DNA of 64,000 nucleotides, taken from assembly GCA_048886685.1 (NCBI GenBank), contig JBHLKM010000002.1, forward strand, positions 295,532 to 359,531, written 5' to 3'. Below are positions 9,415 to 20,500 of the stretch, piece by piece. The notes under the pieces are model-generated. The model was not told the DNA's origin. It worked only from the letters and a program-made list of their open reading frames with translations, and made no database searches. This stretch comes from Candidatus Hodarchaeota archaeon (GTDB taxonomy: Archaea > Asgardarchaeota > Lokiarchaeia > Sigyniarchaeales > SOKP01). Numbering within the stretch: position 1 is the first letter of the stretch; every line of letters begins with the position of its first letter. Position numbers and translations under genes: made by a program.

Positions 9415-11286
9415 TCAAATAATATTTAATTCAATCGGTCTTGAGCTATCTCTTTTTATTCCTGCTAGCCTTTCTATTTTTAATTGAAGGGGTTTTTTAT
9501 CCAGGTGACTTTTAATTTCAATTAAACCATATTTGATAGCCCCATTAAAAATTTCTTCCCCTGTTTTCGTTCTTGTAATAACAGAAGACCATCCTACTTT
9601 GGAACCAATTGAACCAATTGAAAGATCTGCTAATTCAGCAGTAAAATCATCGCAATAATTACAGAAATCAGAACCATATAACTCACATTCCTCTAAAGGA
9701 ATTGAAAAGATTTCCCCAGATCGAAGAGTTATAACAAATTTTCCAACGTTTATGTCCATTTTAGTTATTTCGTCAATATTAGCACTGAATTTATTTCTAA
9801 AAAACTGAAGGATTTTCTTATAAGGAAAGGATTCTCTACAAAAAATCCCTATTTTATATTTTATATTGTTTAATAAAGGTATTTTTACTGGAAATAATTC
9901 ACCTTTAAAAATTGCTTTTATTTTACATGGTAGAGCAACTAGCGCTAGTTTTTCAAATTTTTTTGCTTTATCTAAAATTGATAAAATTGGAGCATGAACG
10001 TAGGTACTACCTGCTGCTTTATACAGGTCTTCTACTTTTTCTATTATGCTAACTTCAGGTTTCCAATATTTTTTTGAGTGTTTAATTGTTATTACTGCAT
10101 TTATTAAATTTTGGTTAAATAAATAATTGAGTAATGAAGTAACTACGCCTCCATCTTGTCCTACTTTTTTAATTGTATATTTTAATGTTCTTGCCGAAAA
10201 AATATTTTTATAATAACCTAATTCATTGGAATATTTTAAAGAAGTATCAGACTTTTTAATAAGCTTCTTTATTTTATCGATTGAAAAAGATTGTGGGCAT
10301 ACACTATAACATAGACCACAATTACAACATAAACCCTCATCCCTGTATAGATAATCTGTAGTAAGTTCAAGGCAATCTACTGGACATATTGATGTACATA
10401 AACCACAACGACAACAAACTTTATTATCCTGAACTATAGAAACTGATTTGAAATAATTCTTCCTATAACTTTCCTTAATTTCTTTAATTCTGTATTTATA
10501 ACAAAATTCTCTTAGTCCTATTGATTTATTATGATTTAATTTATATTCTGGAATTTCTTCAATGTATCCTTGTTCTTTTAAGTAAAAAATATCTCGAATG
10601 ATATTTTTTACTGAAAAATCAAAAAGATTTATTATTTCTTTTAATGTTAAGGGATTATATCTTTTTAATTCATCAAGTATATAATTCCTAGCAGTTTCAG
10701 CTTCAAAAATCGAATCTAATAAATATGTAAGATCACTTTCATTATATCTTCCTGATTTTAAAATATTTTCTTTTGCTTTGAATAATGATCTATATTGAAA
10801 ATTGTAAGAAGCCTTATATGATGAATATAGCAATTTTTTTATTGGAATCGTTTCAAAATCATAATTATAATTTGACGTTATATGTGTTTTTCGAATTCCT
10901 GAATTAACTGGATTAGGACCAGAATGAATTAATTTTCTTAAGAAATTTTTAAACGTTTCATCTAATTTAGTTTGATTGGTTCCATCAAATTTAAATAACT
11001 TTACTCTTTGATTACCTAAACCTCTTCTTCTTAAAATTCGATTTACTTCTTCTATCGGTTTATGAAATGAATTAAATTTTGAGATAAACTCATCTGTTAT
11101 TATTCTACCTTTAATTATAATAAATATACCGTCAAAACCAAGGTATATTGCCTTTAATAATTGTGTTATATCAAGTGTTCCTATATTCTCTAATTTACTA
11201 ATTTTAACAGAATCTAGTTCTTTAAATTTTTTGATTAATCTAAAATCTGATTCGTTATATTTATATCCAGGGCTCGAAAATATCAT
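9415..11286 (-). CDS. Fusion: Cys-less MvhD-like domain + winged helix + ferredoxin + FrhB/FdhB-family domain
   Basis: N-terminus aligns by eye with MvhD (LKAIYLGFDGIFII...GPNP) without Cys; wHTH-like PLTLKEIINLFDFSVKNIIRDIFYLKEQGYI; two CxxCxxCxxxCP; GQDGGVVT, LPCKIKA, GIFC, CNYCDDFTAELADLSIG. Confidence 0.8.
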   Translation of the reverse strand: MIFSSPGYKYNESDFRLIKKFKELDSVKISKLENIGTLDITQLLKAIYLGFDGIFIIIKGRIITDEFISKFNSFHKPIEEVNRILRRRGLGNQRVKLFKFDGTNQTKLDETFKNFLRKLIHSGPNPVNSGIRKTHITSNYNYDFETIPIKKLLYSSYKASYNFQYRSLFKAKENILKSGRYNESDLTYLLDSIFEAETARNYILDELKRYNPLTLKEIINLFDFSVKNIIRDIFYLKEQGYIEEIPEYKLNHNKSIGLREFCYKYRIKEIKESYRKNYFKSVSIVQDNKVCCRCGLCTSICPVDCLELTTDYLYRDEGLCCNCGLCYSVCPQSFSIDKIKKLIKKSDTSLKYSNELGYYKNIFSARTLKYTIKKVGQDGGVVTSLLNYLFNQNLINAVITIKHSKKYWKPEVSIIEKVEDLYKAAGSTYVHAPILSILDKAKKFEKLALVALPCKIKAIFKGELFPVKIPLLNNIKYKIGIFCRESFPYKKILQFFRNKFSANIDEITKMDINVGKFVITLRSGEIFSIPLEECELYGSDFCNYCDDFTAELADLSIGSIGSKVGWSSVITRTKTGEEIFNGAIKYGLIEIKSHLDKKPLQLKIERLAGIKRDSSRPIELNII

Positions 11287-11485
11287 TATTTTATATTCAA
11301 TAATAAATCACCAAATTTTTATGAATATATTTAATTTAAATAATTTTAATATTATATATCCAATAATTATATATGTAATTAGATCATTTATATGTTAGTA
11401 ATACTATAATGAATATAATAAAATCTATAAAACAATCATTAAAATTAATAGTAATATAAAAAATGAAACAAATTGATGTTAAAAA

Positions 11486-12922
11486 ATGATAACAAAAGAA
11501 CATATGATTGATTATTTACAATGCGATATTTCATCTTTTGGATTTCAAGACTTATATGATTTAGTTATAAGTAAGAAAAATTGCGTAAACTGTGGAGCTT
11601 GTCTCTCGATATGCCCTCGTATCGGTCTTAATGAAAATGAACCCATACTTATAGATTATGACCCACAATGTTCATTATGTTTCAAATATTGCCCAAGAAC
11701 ATTTTTTCCAAAAGAACTCTTTGAAAAAGAACTTTTTAATGAAAAAATCCAAAAAGATTTTCTTTTAGGTATTTTTCAAAAAATAACTGTTGCTAGAAGC
11801 ATTGATAATAATATTTTAAATAATGCTCAAAATGGTGGAGTCGTAACTGCATTACTTATTAATGCATTAAATTTAGGATTAATTGATGGAGTTATCATGG
11901 CTAATAAAGATGAAGATTGGCGCCCTAAACCCATCATAGCAAGAACTCCAGAAGAAGTAATTGATGCTGCGGGTTCAATCTATGCTATGATACCAACTTT
12001 AAGTATATATAAAAAAGCTGTGTACGATTATGAAATTGAAAATCTTGGATTTGTCGGCTTACCATGTCAAATTCAAGCAGTAAGAAAATTTCAATTGTGG
12101 CCACCTCTTTCAGACAAATATGGTAAATTTAAATTAATTATTGGATTATTTTGTTCATCTAATTATTCATATAACTCATTGTATAACATAATACACGATT
12201 TATTGGGAGTTTCTCCTAGGGAAATCAAAAAACTTGATGTTTCGCATGGGAAGTTTATTGTTTATTTGATTAATGGAACTGTTAAAAACATCTCAATAAA
12301 AGATACAAGTAAATTTCATTATTTAAGCTGTGAACATTGTAAAGATTATACTGCTGAATTTGCGGATATTTCCGTAGGGAGTGTAGGTGCCCTAAGTGAT
12401 AATTGGAATAGTGTTATTATTCGCTCTAACACAGGTCAAAAACTTTTTAATGATGCTTTAAAAAAAGGAAAAATAATTAATTCGAATAAATTAGATCTTA
12501 TCAAAATCAAGAAAGCTTCCAAAAAGAAGAAAACGCAAATAATGGAAATGAGCGACAAGATTTATTCTGCTCTTAAATTATTTAATATAACTAAACCTCA
12601 AGTAAAAGTATACACTACACTTTTATCCTTAAGAGAAGCTGATTTGTCTTTGTTGAGTGAAATTATGAAGTTAAAGCCCGAAATAGTGTATAATATACTT
12701 AAAATATTGGAGCAGAGAAAATGGATATCTAAAAATAAAAATTTTTACAGACCAATTAATCCTTCTCAAGTATTGAAAAATGAAATAAATCAATATTTAA
12801 GTAAATTCAAAAATCACGTCAATATAATTAAAAGAAAGATTTTAAAGGATTTAAATACAATTTTTATACAAAATAATCTAATGGATGTAGAAAATCTGGA
12901 CTTCATGGATATCATTTTCTAA
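11486..12922 (+). CDS. FrhB/FdhB-family protein with C-terminal TrmB-like winged helix
   Basis: CVNCGACLSICP, AQNGGVVT, GLPCQ, IGLFC, CEHCKDYTAEFADISVG; C-terminal LKLFNITKPQVKVYTTLL...VYNILKILEQRKWI...YRPINP. Confidence 0.85.
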   Translation: MITKEHMIDYLQCDISSFGFQDLYDLVISKKNCVNCGACLSICPRIGLNENEPILIDYDPQCSLCFKYCPRTFFPKELFEKELFNEKIQKDFLLGIFQKITVARSIDNNILNNAQNGGVVTALLINALNLGLIDGVIMANKDEDWRPKPIIARTPEEVIDAAGSIYAMIPTLSIYKKAVYDYEIENLGFVGLPCQIQAVRKFQLWPPLSDKYGKFKLIIGLFCSSNYSYNSLYNIIHDLLGVSPREIKKLDVSHGKFIVYLINGTVKNISIKDTSKFHYLSCEHCKDYTAEFADISVGSVGALSDNWNSVIIRSNTGQKLFNDALKKGKIINSNKLDLIKIKKASKKKKTQIMEMSDKIYSALKLFNITKPQVKVYTTLLSLREADLSLLSEIMKLKPEIVYNILKILEQRKWISKNKNFYRPINPSQVLKNEINQYLSKFKNHVNIIKRKILKDLNTIFIQNNLMDVENLDFMDIIF

Positions 12923-13018
12923 AAATAAAAATATAATTTTATAACTCTACTTAATGTTGATGTAAACGATTAGTCTGAATTTTCTTTGGCCCGATTAATT
13001 AAAATTTAAAAAAAAAAT

Positions 13019-14704
13019 TTAAGTAGAGATTCTTATTTTATTTCCTAGCAAGATCTTCCTTGCTTGTTCAAAAGCATAATTATAATCAAAAACTTTTTTT
13101 CCTTTAGTATTCGATGCTTCTTTAAGGATCTCCGCCTCGATATTAGATTTTAAGCGTCCTAATGCTAATGCACCAATTCCGAAAATACTTGGGTATATTT
13201 CTTTGTAATCATCTTTTGGCTTTAAACCCTCAACACCATAAGGAGGGACAAGATTAATATCGATTATAAGCTTGTTTTGAAGTTTAATTAGTAAATCTTT
13301 TGATAAAATTTGTACAGCAGCAGCAGCTAGACTCCAAATTATATCCGCATCTTTTACTATTTCTAATTTCTTTTCATCATTTGGTGCGAAGACACCGATT
13401 ATTTCAGTATCGTTTACTCCAACTTCTTCATTTAATTCTTTTACTAGGTTTTTAATGAAATTTTCATTTGATTTTTCCCAAGTTTCAACCAAATAAGTTT
13501 TACATTTTAATTTCGTTGCTAATATTGCAGCAATTCTTCCAACAGGTCCTGCTCCAAAGATGACTATTTTTTTCCCTTTTAAATCAAACAAATCATTCTT
13601 TTTAGAAATTTCCATAGTTTTAGCGACTATTGAAGCGGCAGTAGTATGAGAACCACGAGGATCAATAATTACTGGGCATTCAAAAGGAGGTACCAACGAT
13701 TCTATTACTTTTTTAGCAATTTTTTCACCCTCTTTAACATTGGATCCACCAATAAAGAACGTGGTAGGAGCTTTCGGTTTTCTAGAAAAAATAGCATCTT
13801 GAACAAGTTTTGGGACTTGATCAGCAGTCATCCTACTAAAGGGGATGACAATATCAAAGCCAGCATCATAAGCCATATTTATATCGAAAGGAGAAGCATT
13901 ATTATCAGTATCAAAAAAATAACATATTTTTTCTAACGTTTCATTCTGTTTCACTTTAATTGGAGTTAATTCGATTATAGATTTACCAATGATAGTTTTA
14001 AATGAATTAGAACGAGGATTGTTTACAACTCTAGCTAACCGTTTGATTTTTATTTCTTCTGTTTCAATGCCTAATTCTTCTGCCAGTTGAGTGATCCCTT
14101 TGAAATGCCTAGGATCACAGAAAAAAAATGCTGTTAATTTTCCTCCTGCCATTTCCTTCGCAAATTTTAAAATGCCCATCATCATCCATGCTTCTCGAAC
14201 TTCGTATCTTATTTTATTCTCGTGAAGGTTGTATTCTTGTTGTAGGTATTCCCTCCATAAAAACATACGTTGAAACTCAAAATTATCTTTTGGAAATGTT
14301 TTTCCGTTAACCTTTATCATAGCTTTAATCGATTTTGTTAATTGTTTTATAAGTGTTCTAAGATCCTCCAAATTCGAGGAAAGATAATTTTCTGCGTTTT
14401 CTGAAATATCTACTATTTTATAAGGGATATGATTTTCTTCAAATAATGATTCTAGAGGATCATCAGGAGAAATTGTATCTTCCCAACGACTTCCTTTTTC
14501 TTCTAATGCGAAATCAGGATTGTATTTACCTATCAACTCTTTAATTAGATTGAGGTACTCTTTAGAAATCAAATGTAAATTCCATACTAAATCGTGCCTT
14601 TTCTGTGCTGATGTCTCAAACCACCAATCTATTGGAAATTCACTTTCAATCAATACTAATTTCAAACTCTTTCTCTTTAGAGGTTTTAACTCTAAAACTT
14701 CCAT
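13019..14704 (-). CDS. NAD(P)-dependent methylene-H4MPT dehydrogenase (MtdA/MtdB family) fused to an N-terminal domain of unknown function
   Basis: FFDTDNNASPFDINMAYDAGFD, LVQDAIFSR, FFIGG, DPRGSHTTAAS, GAGPVG, DINLVPPYGVEG, GIGALALGRLK. Confidence 0.85.
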   Translation of the reverse strand: MEVLELKPLKRKSLKLVLIESEFPIDWWFETSAQKRHDLVWNLHLISKEYLNLIKELIGKYNPDFALEEKGSRWEDTISPDDPLESLFEENHIPYKIVDISENAENYLSSNLEDLRTLIKQLTKSIKAMIKVNGKTFPKDNFEFQRMFLWREYLQQEYNLHENKIRYEVREAWMMMGILKFAKEMAGGKLTAFFFCDPRHFKGITQLAEELGIETEEIKIKRLARVVNNPRSNSFKTIIGKSIIELTPIKVKQNETLEKICYFFDTDNNASPFDINMAYDAGFDIVIPFSRMTADQVPKLVQDAIFSRKPKAPTTFFIGGSNVKEGEKIAKKVIESLVPPFECPVIIDPRGSHTTAASIVAKTMEISKKNDLFDLKGKKIVIFGAGPVGRIAAILATKLKCKTYLVETWEKSNENFIKNLVKELNEEVGVNDTEIIGVFAPNDEKKLEIVKDADIIWSLAAAAVQILSKDLLIKLQNKLIIDINLVPPYGVEGLKPKDDYKEIYPSIFGIGALALGRLKSNIEAEILKEASNTKGKKVFDYNYAFEQARKILLGNKIRIST

Positions 14705-15333
14705 TAATTACTCTCCCCCTGTTTTATAATTAAATATGGAATATTATGAATACTATAATAATCATAGACAATCGCCTCTATTTGAAGCTCTTTTAATTGT
14801 TTTATTATTTCTGGAAGAGTTATTTTATGAGCAAAATGAATAAGAAAAATTTTTTCATTTTGATAGGTCCTAACTATATCTAAGATTTTTTTAACAATCC
14901 ACTGTGGTCTTGTTTTCAATTCTAGAATATTTTTATCCTGAAAAACCTCCTTCTTTAGAACATCAATCCAAGATTTTAGATTTAATCCTTTAAAAGAATA
15001 TTTATCATCCATATTTCGATATTCCTGTAATAGTTCACTAATTTTTTCTTCATTTTTTGTTATTTCAGCATACAGACACCCATATGCATGCTCAGGCATA
15101 TCCAATAGGTAATATTCGATGTTAAAAGCATTTAAAATCCTTAATAGAGTTGAATTTTTAAAGGTTTTGAAATTTATCCCATTTATATCAACAGTAATAA
15201 ATTTAATGTTATTATTCTCTATTATTTCCTTTAAAATTTCAAGATCAGTAAGTTGAGAATCAAATCCTATATTTTCCAATAAATATATAACTATTTTTTT
15301 ATTGCTTATCGGTTTTAATTTTAATACTTCCAT
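14704..15333 (-). CDS. Uncharacterised protein, paralogue of the Mtd N-terminal domain and of 32708..33322
   Basis: Starts MEVLKLKPI versus MEVLELKPL; shared Y-x-x-D/E-x-P segment followed by a coiled coil; 1-nt overlap with the downstream gene. Confidence 0.8.
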   Translation of the reverse strand: MEVLKLKPISNKKIVIYLLENIGFDSQLTDLEILKEIIENNNIKFITVDINGINFKTFKNSTLLRILNAFNIEYYLLDMPEHAYGCLYAEITKNEEKISELLQEYRNMDDKYSFKGLNLKSWIDVLKKEVFQDKNILELKTRPQWIVKKILDIVRTYQNEKIFLIHFAHKITLPEIIKQLKELQIEAIVYDYYSIHNIPYLIIKQGESN

Positions 15334-15376
15334 CTTAATTATCCACCTTTTTAAAATTATTCTTAAAATGTATACA

Positions 15377-15440
15377 TGGAACTGTCATAACGTTATTAAA
15401 CGACCCCTTTCCGTATTTTTGAGCTATGAGATTAGTTCCA
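15377..15440 (-). promoter_or_regulatory. Candidate structured 5'-leader RNA
   Basis: UGGAACU/AGUUCCA and UCAUAGC/GUUAUGA nested helices, 43 nt upstream of the 15333 start. Confidence 0.35.
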
Positions 15441-16096
15441 ATTAGATAATAAGTTGATTAAAATTTAAATAGTTTGAAAAGAAAATTTTTCGTCATTTTG
15501 ACAAATTAAATTTTCAAAAAATTTCTTTAATAATTATTCTTTTCATATAAAAAATTGAAATTTAACCTCATTATAATAATCATACAATTTTAAAAGAGAT
15601 ATTTTAAAAATTGTTTTAGTCAAATTACTTATCAAAAAAATTTTAGTTACAGTTTAATACAATTTTTTGTTGATAGAGGTTAAAAGTTTTAGTAGAATTA
15701 CTAATGAAAGAGTATAGACAAATTTGTTAGATATTAATTAACAAATCTGTACAAATTTATAAATATTTTGTGCTTTTTAAAAATTTTGTTAAATAAAATC
15801 TATAAATTGAAAATAGAATTCTCCTTTTTGATCATTGACATACTCAATCTTACCTTTTATTCTTATTATTATAACTAAAATTCTCAATTATCTATAATAT
15901 CACTATTATAATTAAACAATAAAAATGAGGAAAAGCTCTATTAGATGCAAGGATTTTTAAATAAAAATTACCTCTTTCATAATGGGATTAGATCTTTTTA
16001 AAAAATATATTTTAAAAAAAACACAATATTGTCAAAATAATATATTTAATTCCTGAAAATATCAGGTTTTAAATTAAAAATGGGGGTGGTAAATAC

Positions 16097-16249
16097 ATGT
16101 TAATAGAAAAGATAGAAGAGAAAGAAATATGTAATAAGTGTAAGGCACCTTTAGAAGGTAATGACTATATATACAGACGTAAAGCATCTAATGTTATAAC
16201 ATATGTGTGTTCTAAATGTGGATATTTTGAGATTTATATCAAGGAGTAA
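16097..16249 (+). CDS. 50-aa zinc-ribbon microprotein
   Basis: Below ORF-track cutoff: MLIEKIEEKEICNKCKAPLEGNDYIYRRKASNVITYVCSKCGYFEIYIKE; GGGGGTGGT SD; ends 6 nt before the next gene. Confidence 0.75.
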   Translation: MLIEKIEEKEICNKCKAPLEGNDYIYRRKASNVITYVCSKCGYFEIYIKE

Positions 16250-16255
16250 AAGTCC

Positions 16256-17506
16256 ATGTCTTCTTACATTAATAATGAAATTAAGTGTAGCATTTGTAAA
16301 TATCAAAACTTAGGTGAAAATATTAAAAATGTAATTTCAATGGCAAATTATTGTTATGCTTGCAATAGATGTGTTAATGTGTGTCCACTTTCGCATTTAG
16401 ATGTATTTTTTCCGCGAACATTAGTAGGAGATTTAGTCCTCTCTTCATTCGGAGAAGTTTTAAATAATCATAATATCTGGGATTGTCTTACATGTGGTCA
16501 ATGTACAATATATTGTCCAATGAGTCAAGAGAATGTAGGAGTAAGAATACCCGAATTAATTTTGGAGTTGAGAAAGGCATCAAGAAATAATAAAATTCAA
16601 ATTAATAGAATACTTGAGAGCCAAACTCATAATGAAATCTTCCCGATAATTTCGAAAATGATGGCAAATAATCCAATAAATCCAAACAAATTAGAGTTTT
16701 TAAAGGAAAAAGGCCTAAAAACAACAGATTCAGGTGATATTGCGTATTTTGTTGGCTGCTTGCCTTTAATGGAAGAAATATTTTATAGCTTTAAAATTAA
16801 TTATAACAACATACCTATAACAATAATAAGTCTACTTAATGAAGCCAATATAGTACCAGTAGTTTTAAATGAAAAATGTTGCGGGCATGATATTTTATGG
16901 GGTGAGGGCGATATTGAAACTTTTAAAAAATTGGCCGAATATAATACTCAGCTTTACAAAGATGCTGAAGTAAAAACTGTTATAGTTGGATGTGCTGAAG
17001 GATATAGAACTTGGAAATATGATTATCCAAAAATAATAGATGGATTTGATTTCAAAGTTTTTCATTTTTCTGAATTTTTTCTAAAAGAGAAAATTCTTGA
17101 CCATTTAAAATTCCCTCGAAATCTCGAGACTAAGGTAACTTATCATGATTCTTGTCGAATGGGCCGTTTAGGCGGAAAATTATATGAAGCCCCAAGAGAA
17201 TTAATTAGACAAATTCCTGGAGTCGAATTAATTGAAATGGATAATATAAAAGATGATTCTAATTGTTGTGGCATCGCAACATTTCTAAATTGTAATGAAT
17301 ATACACGCGTTTTAAGGAAAAATCGTATCAATGAAGCAATTGATACCAGAGCAGAATATTTAATTGTCTCTTGTCCAAAATGTTTAACACATTTTAATTG
17401 TTATCTTAACGACCCTTCCTCAAATGAAGAGAAAAAAGGGTTAAGAAATAAAATAAAGGTGATCGACTTAGCAAGTTTGATTGGTAAATTGCTTCTGCTT
17501 GTTTAA
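16256..17506 (+). CDS. HdrD/GlpC-like Fe-S oxidoreductase (2x[4Fe-4S] + two CCG domains)
   Basis: CYACNRCVNVCP, CLTCGQCTIYCP, FVGC, EKCCG, GCAEG, YHDSC, CCG, SCPKC. Confidence 0.9.
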   Translation: MSSYINNEIKCSICKYQNLGENIKNVISMANYCYACNRCVNVCPLSHLDVFFPRTLVGDLVLSSFGEVLNNHNIWDCLTCGQCTIYCPMSQENVGVRIPELILELRKASRNNKIQINRILESQTHNEIFPIISKMMANNPINPNKLEFLKEKGLKTTDSGDIAYFVGCLPLMEEIFYSFKINYNNIPITIISLLNEANIVPVVLNEKCCGHDILWGEGDIETFKKLAEYNTQLYKDAEVKTVIVGCAEGYRTWKYDYPKIIDGFDFKVFHFSEFFLKEKILDHLKFPRNLETKVTYHDSCRMGRLGGKLYEAPRELIRQIPGVELIEMDNIKDDSNCCGIATFLNCNEYTRVLRKNRINEAIDTRAEYLIVSCPKCLTHFNCYLNDPSSNEEKKGLRNKIKVIDLASLIGKLLLLV

Positions 17507-17562
17507 TTAGAGCTCAAAAATTCAAATTTATCAAATATATTTTATTTTAGGATTATTAAAAA

Positions 17563-20500
17563 ATGTTAAAATTACAGAGTAGTGTTTTAGTTATAGGGGG
17601 TGGAATTGCTGGTATACAGACATCATTAGATCTCACTAGGTTAGGATTCAAAGTTTATCTAGTTGAAATTAAACCTACTATTGGTGGGACTATGGCTCAA
17701 TTAGATAAAATATTTCCTACGCTTGATTGCAGTTTGTGTATTTTAGCTCCCAAAATGGTTGATGTATATAGAAATCCAAATATCGAGTTATTTTCTTATT
17801 CTTACATCAAAAAAATTAGAGGATCTGCTGGAAATTACACAGTAACAGTTATAAAGAAGCCAAGGTACATAAAAGAAGAGATTTGTAAAGGATGTGGAGA
17901 TTGTGTGAATGTTTGTCCAATTAAAGGAATTCCTAGCGAATTTGATACCCATTTAAAAACTCGAGAAGGTATATATATTCCTTTTCCATCATCTGTACCT
18001 CCAGTATATCTTATTGATGACAGAAATTGTTTATTTTTAAATTATCAAATATGTGGAATTTGTGCTAAAGTTTGTAAAGCTAATGCTATAGATTTTTTAC
18101 AAAAATCAGAAGAAATAACTTTGAATGTAGGAGCTATTGTTATTGCCACAGGATATAGCCAAGAAATGCCAGAAAATTATAATACTTTTGCTGGTTATTC
18201 TCCCAATGTTTTGTCTAGTATGCAATTTGAACGTATATTATCCGCAAACGGACCTACTGGTGGTCAAATCATAAAATTAGATGATAGAAAACCTCCTCAT
18301 TCAATTGCTTTTATACAATGTGTAGGTTCTCGGGATGTTCATCATCCTGCATGTAAAAAATATTGCTCTGCAATATGTTGTATGAATTCAGCTAAAGAAG
18401 CAATTGTGGTTAAGGAACATGATCTAAATATTGAATGCTATATTATTAATACAGAAATAAGAGCAAAAGGTAAGAATTTTTATGAATTTATTGAAAGATG
18501 TAAGAGTGAATATAATGTTAAATATATTAATGGTCGTGTTTCATATATCAAAGAGGATTTAGATAATGGGAAATTAAAATTATACTATGAAGATATTGAC
18601 AAAGGAACAGTTGGAACTTTTAAAGTGGATATGGCAATATTAGCTAGTGCTTTATCCCCAACTCCTTCTTACTATAAACTTTTAAGACAATTTAACGTAG
18701 GTTGTAATGATTTAGGATATATTCGTGAAAAAGATATAATCTTACTTGAAAAAAAGAATGTATTTGTAACTGGTTATTCTAGAAAACCAAATGATATTCA
18801 AATGGCAGTTGCTGAAGGTTCTGCATGTGCTGCTAAAATTAGTGAAAAATTATGTTCTGTTAGATTTCAAAATATAAAAAAAATAAGTTATCCTTCAGAA
18901 ATACCACTAACACCCGAGGATGACCCACGTGTAGGTATTTTTATTTGTCGATGTGGTACTAATATTGGGGGAATTGTTAATGTTCCTGAAGTAGTAAATT
19001 ATGTTTCTAAATTGCCTTATGTTGTTCATGTTGAAGAAAATATGTATTCATGTAGCTCTGATTCCCAAGAACGAATTAAAGAATTAATTATAAAATATAA
19101 TCTTAATAAATTTATAGTTGCTTCATGTACTCCTCGAACTCATGAACAACTTTTTAAGAATACTTTAAGAGAGGCTGGATTAAATCCATTTTTATTTGAA
19201 TTAGTCAATATAAGAAATCAAGATTCTTGGGTTCATCAAAATGAACCTGAAAAGGCAACCAAAAAAGCATGTGATTTAATTAGGATGTATTTAGGAAAGG
19301 TAATTAATTCAAAACCATTAGAAACTATTAATGTTAAAGTTGAAAAATCATCTCTAATAATCGGTGGTGGAATAACAGGAATAACTGCTGCACATAATTT
19401 AGCAAACCAAGGATTTGAAGTTTATCTCGTAGAAAAGGATTCTTTACTTGGGGGTGTTGCACTCGAATTTATAGATTTATATTATATACCTATTACGAAA
19501 AATGAAATTTTACAAAAAATTAATGATTTGAGAAATAATTCTGATGTTCATATTATATTAAACTCAGATATAGTTGATATTCAAGGTTATGTTGGTAATT
19601 ATCAGATTAAAGTTAAGAATATTCAAGATAATTCAGAAGATAAAACATTTAAAGTGGGGACAATAATAGTAGCCACGGGAACCAGGCAAATAAGGACAAA
19701 TAGATGGTTAGATTTATCAGAAAGATATCCCAAACGTGTATTAACCCAAAAAGAATTAACTGCGATTAAAGATGCAGATATTCCTAGATTTAAAGATGCT
19801 ACAATAATACTATGTGTAGATCAAAGAAGAAACGAATTTAATGAAGGAGATAATATAAAAACCTATTGTTCAAATATTTGTTGTGGCGTAGCATTAAAGA
19901 ATATCGAAAAATTATTAAATAACAACCCTAATGCTCATATTCATGTTTTATATAGAGAATTTCAATTTTCAGATTTAAATGCTGAACACTTGTGGCGAAG
20001 CCTTCGACAAAAGGTTACATATGAAAAATATCGTTCAATCGATAATATCAAAATCATTGAGGAAAACGGTAGATTTCATATAAAATACAAAAACATTGGC
20101 GCTAGAACAGATATAGAATATAATACAGATTTAATAATATTAGCAACCCCAAAAGTCCCTGCTGATGGAACTGAACAATTAGCAAAATTGTTAAAAGTTC
20201 CAACAAATAAAGATGGCTTTTTTTTAGAAGCTGATGCAAAACTTAGGCCAATTGACTTTGCAACGGAAGGAATTTTCTTATGTGGGGGAGCTCATTGGCC
20301 AAAATGGATTGGTGAAAGCATTACTCAAGCATATGGTGCAGCTGGCAGAGCAACGATATTAATGGTTAAAGGAGAAATAGAAGCTGAATGTATAACAGCC
20401 GGAATCAATGAGGAAAAGTGCATTGGATGCGGTAGATGTGCCGAAATTTGCATTTATAATGCCATCGAATTGTATGACACTATTAAACAAATGGGTTTAT

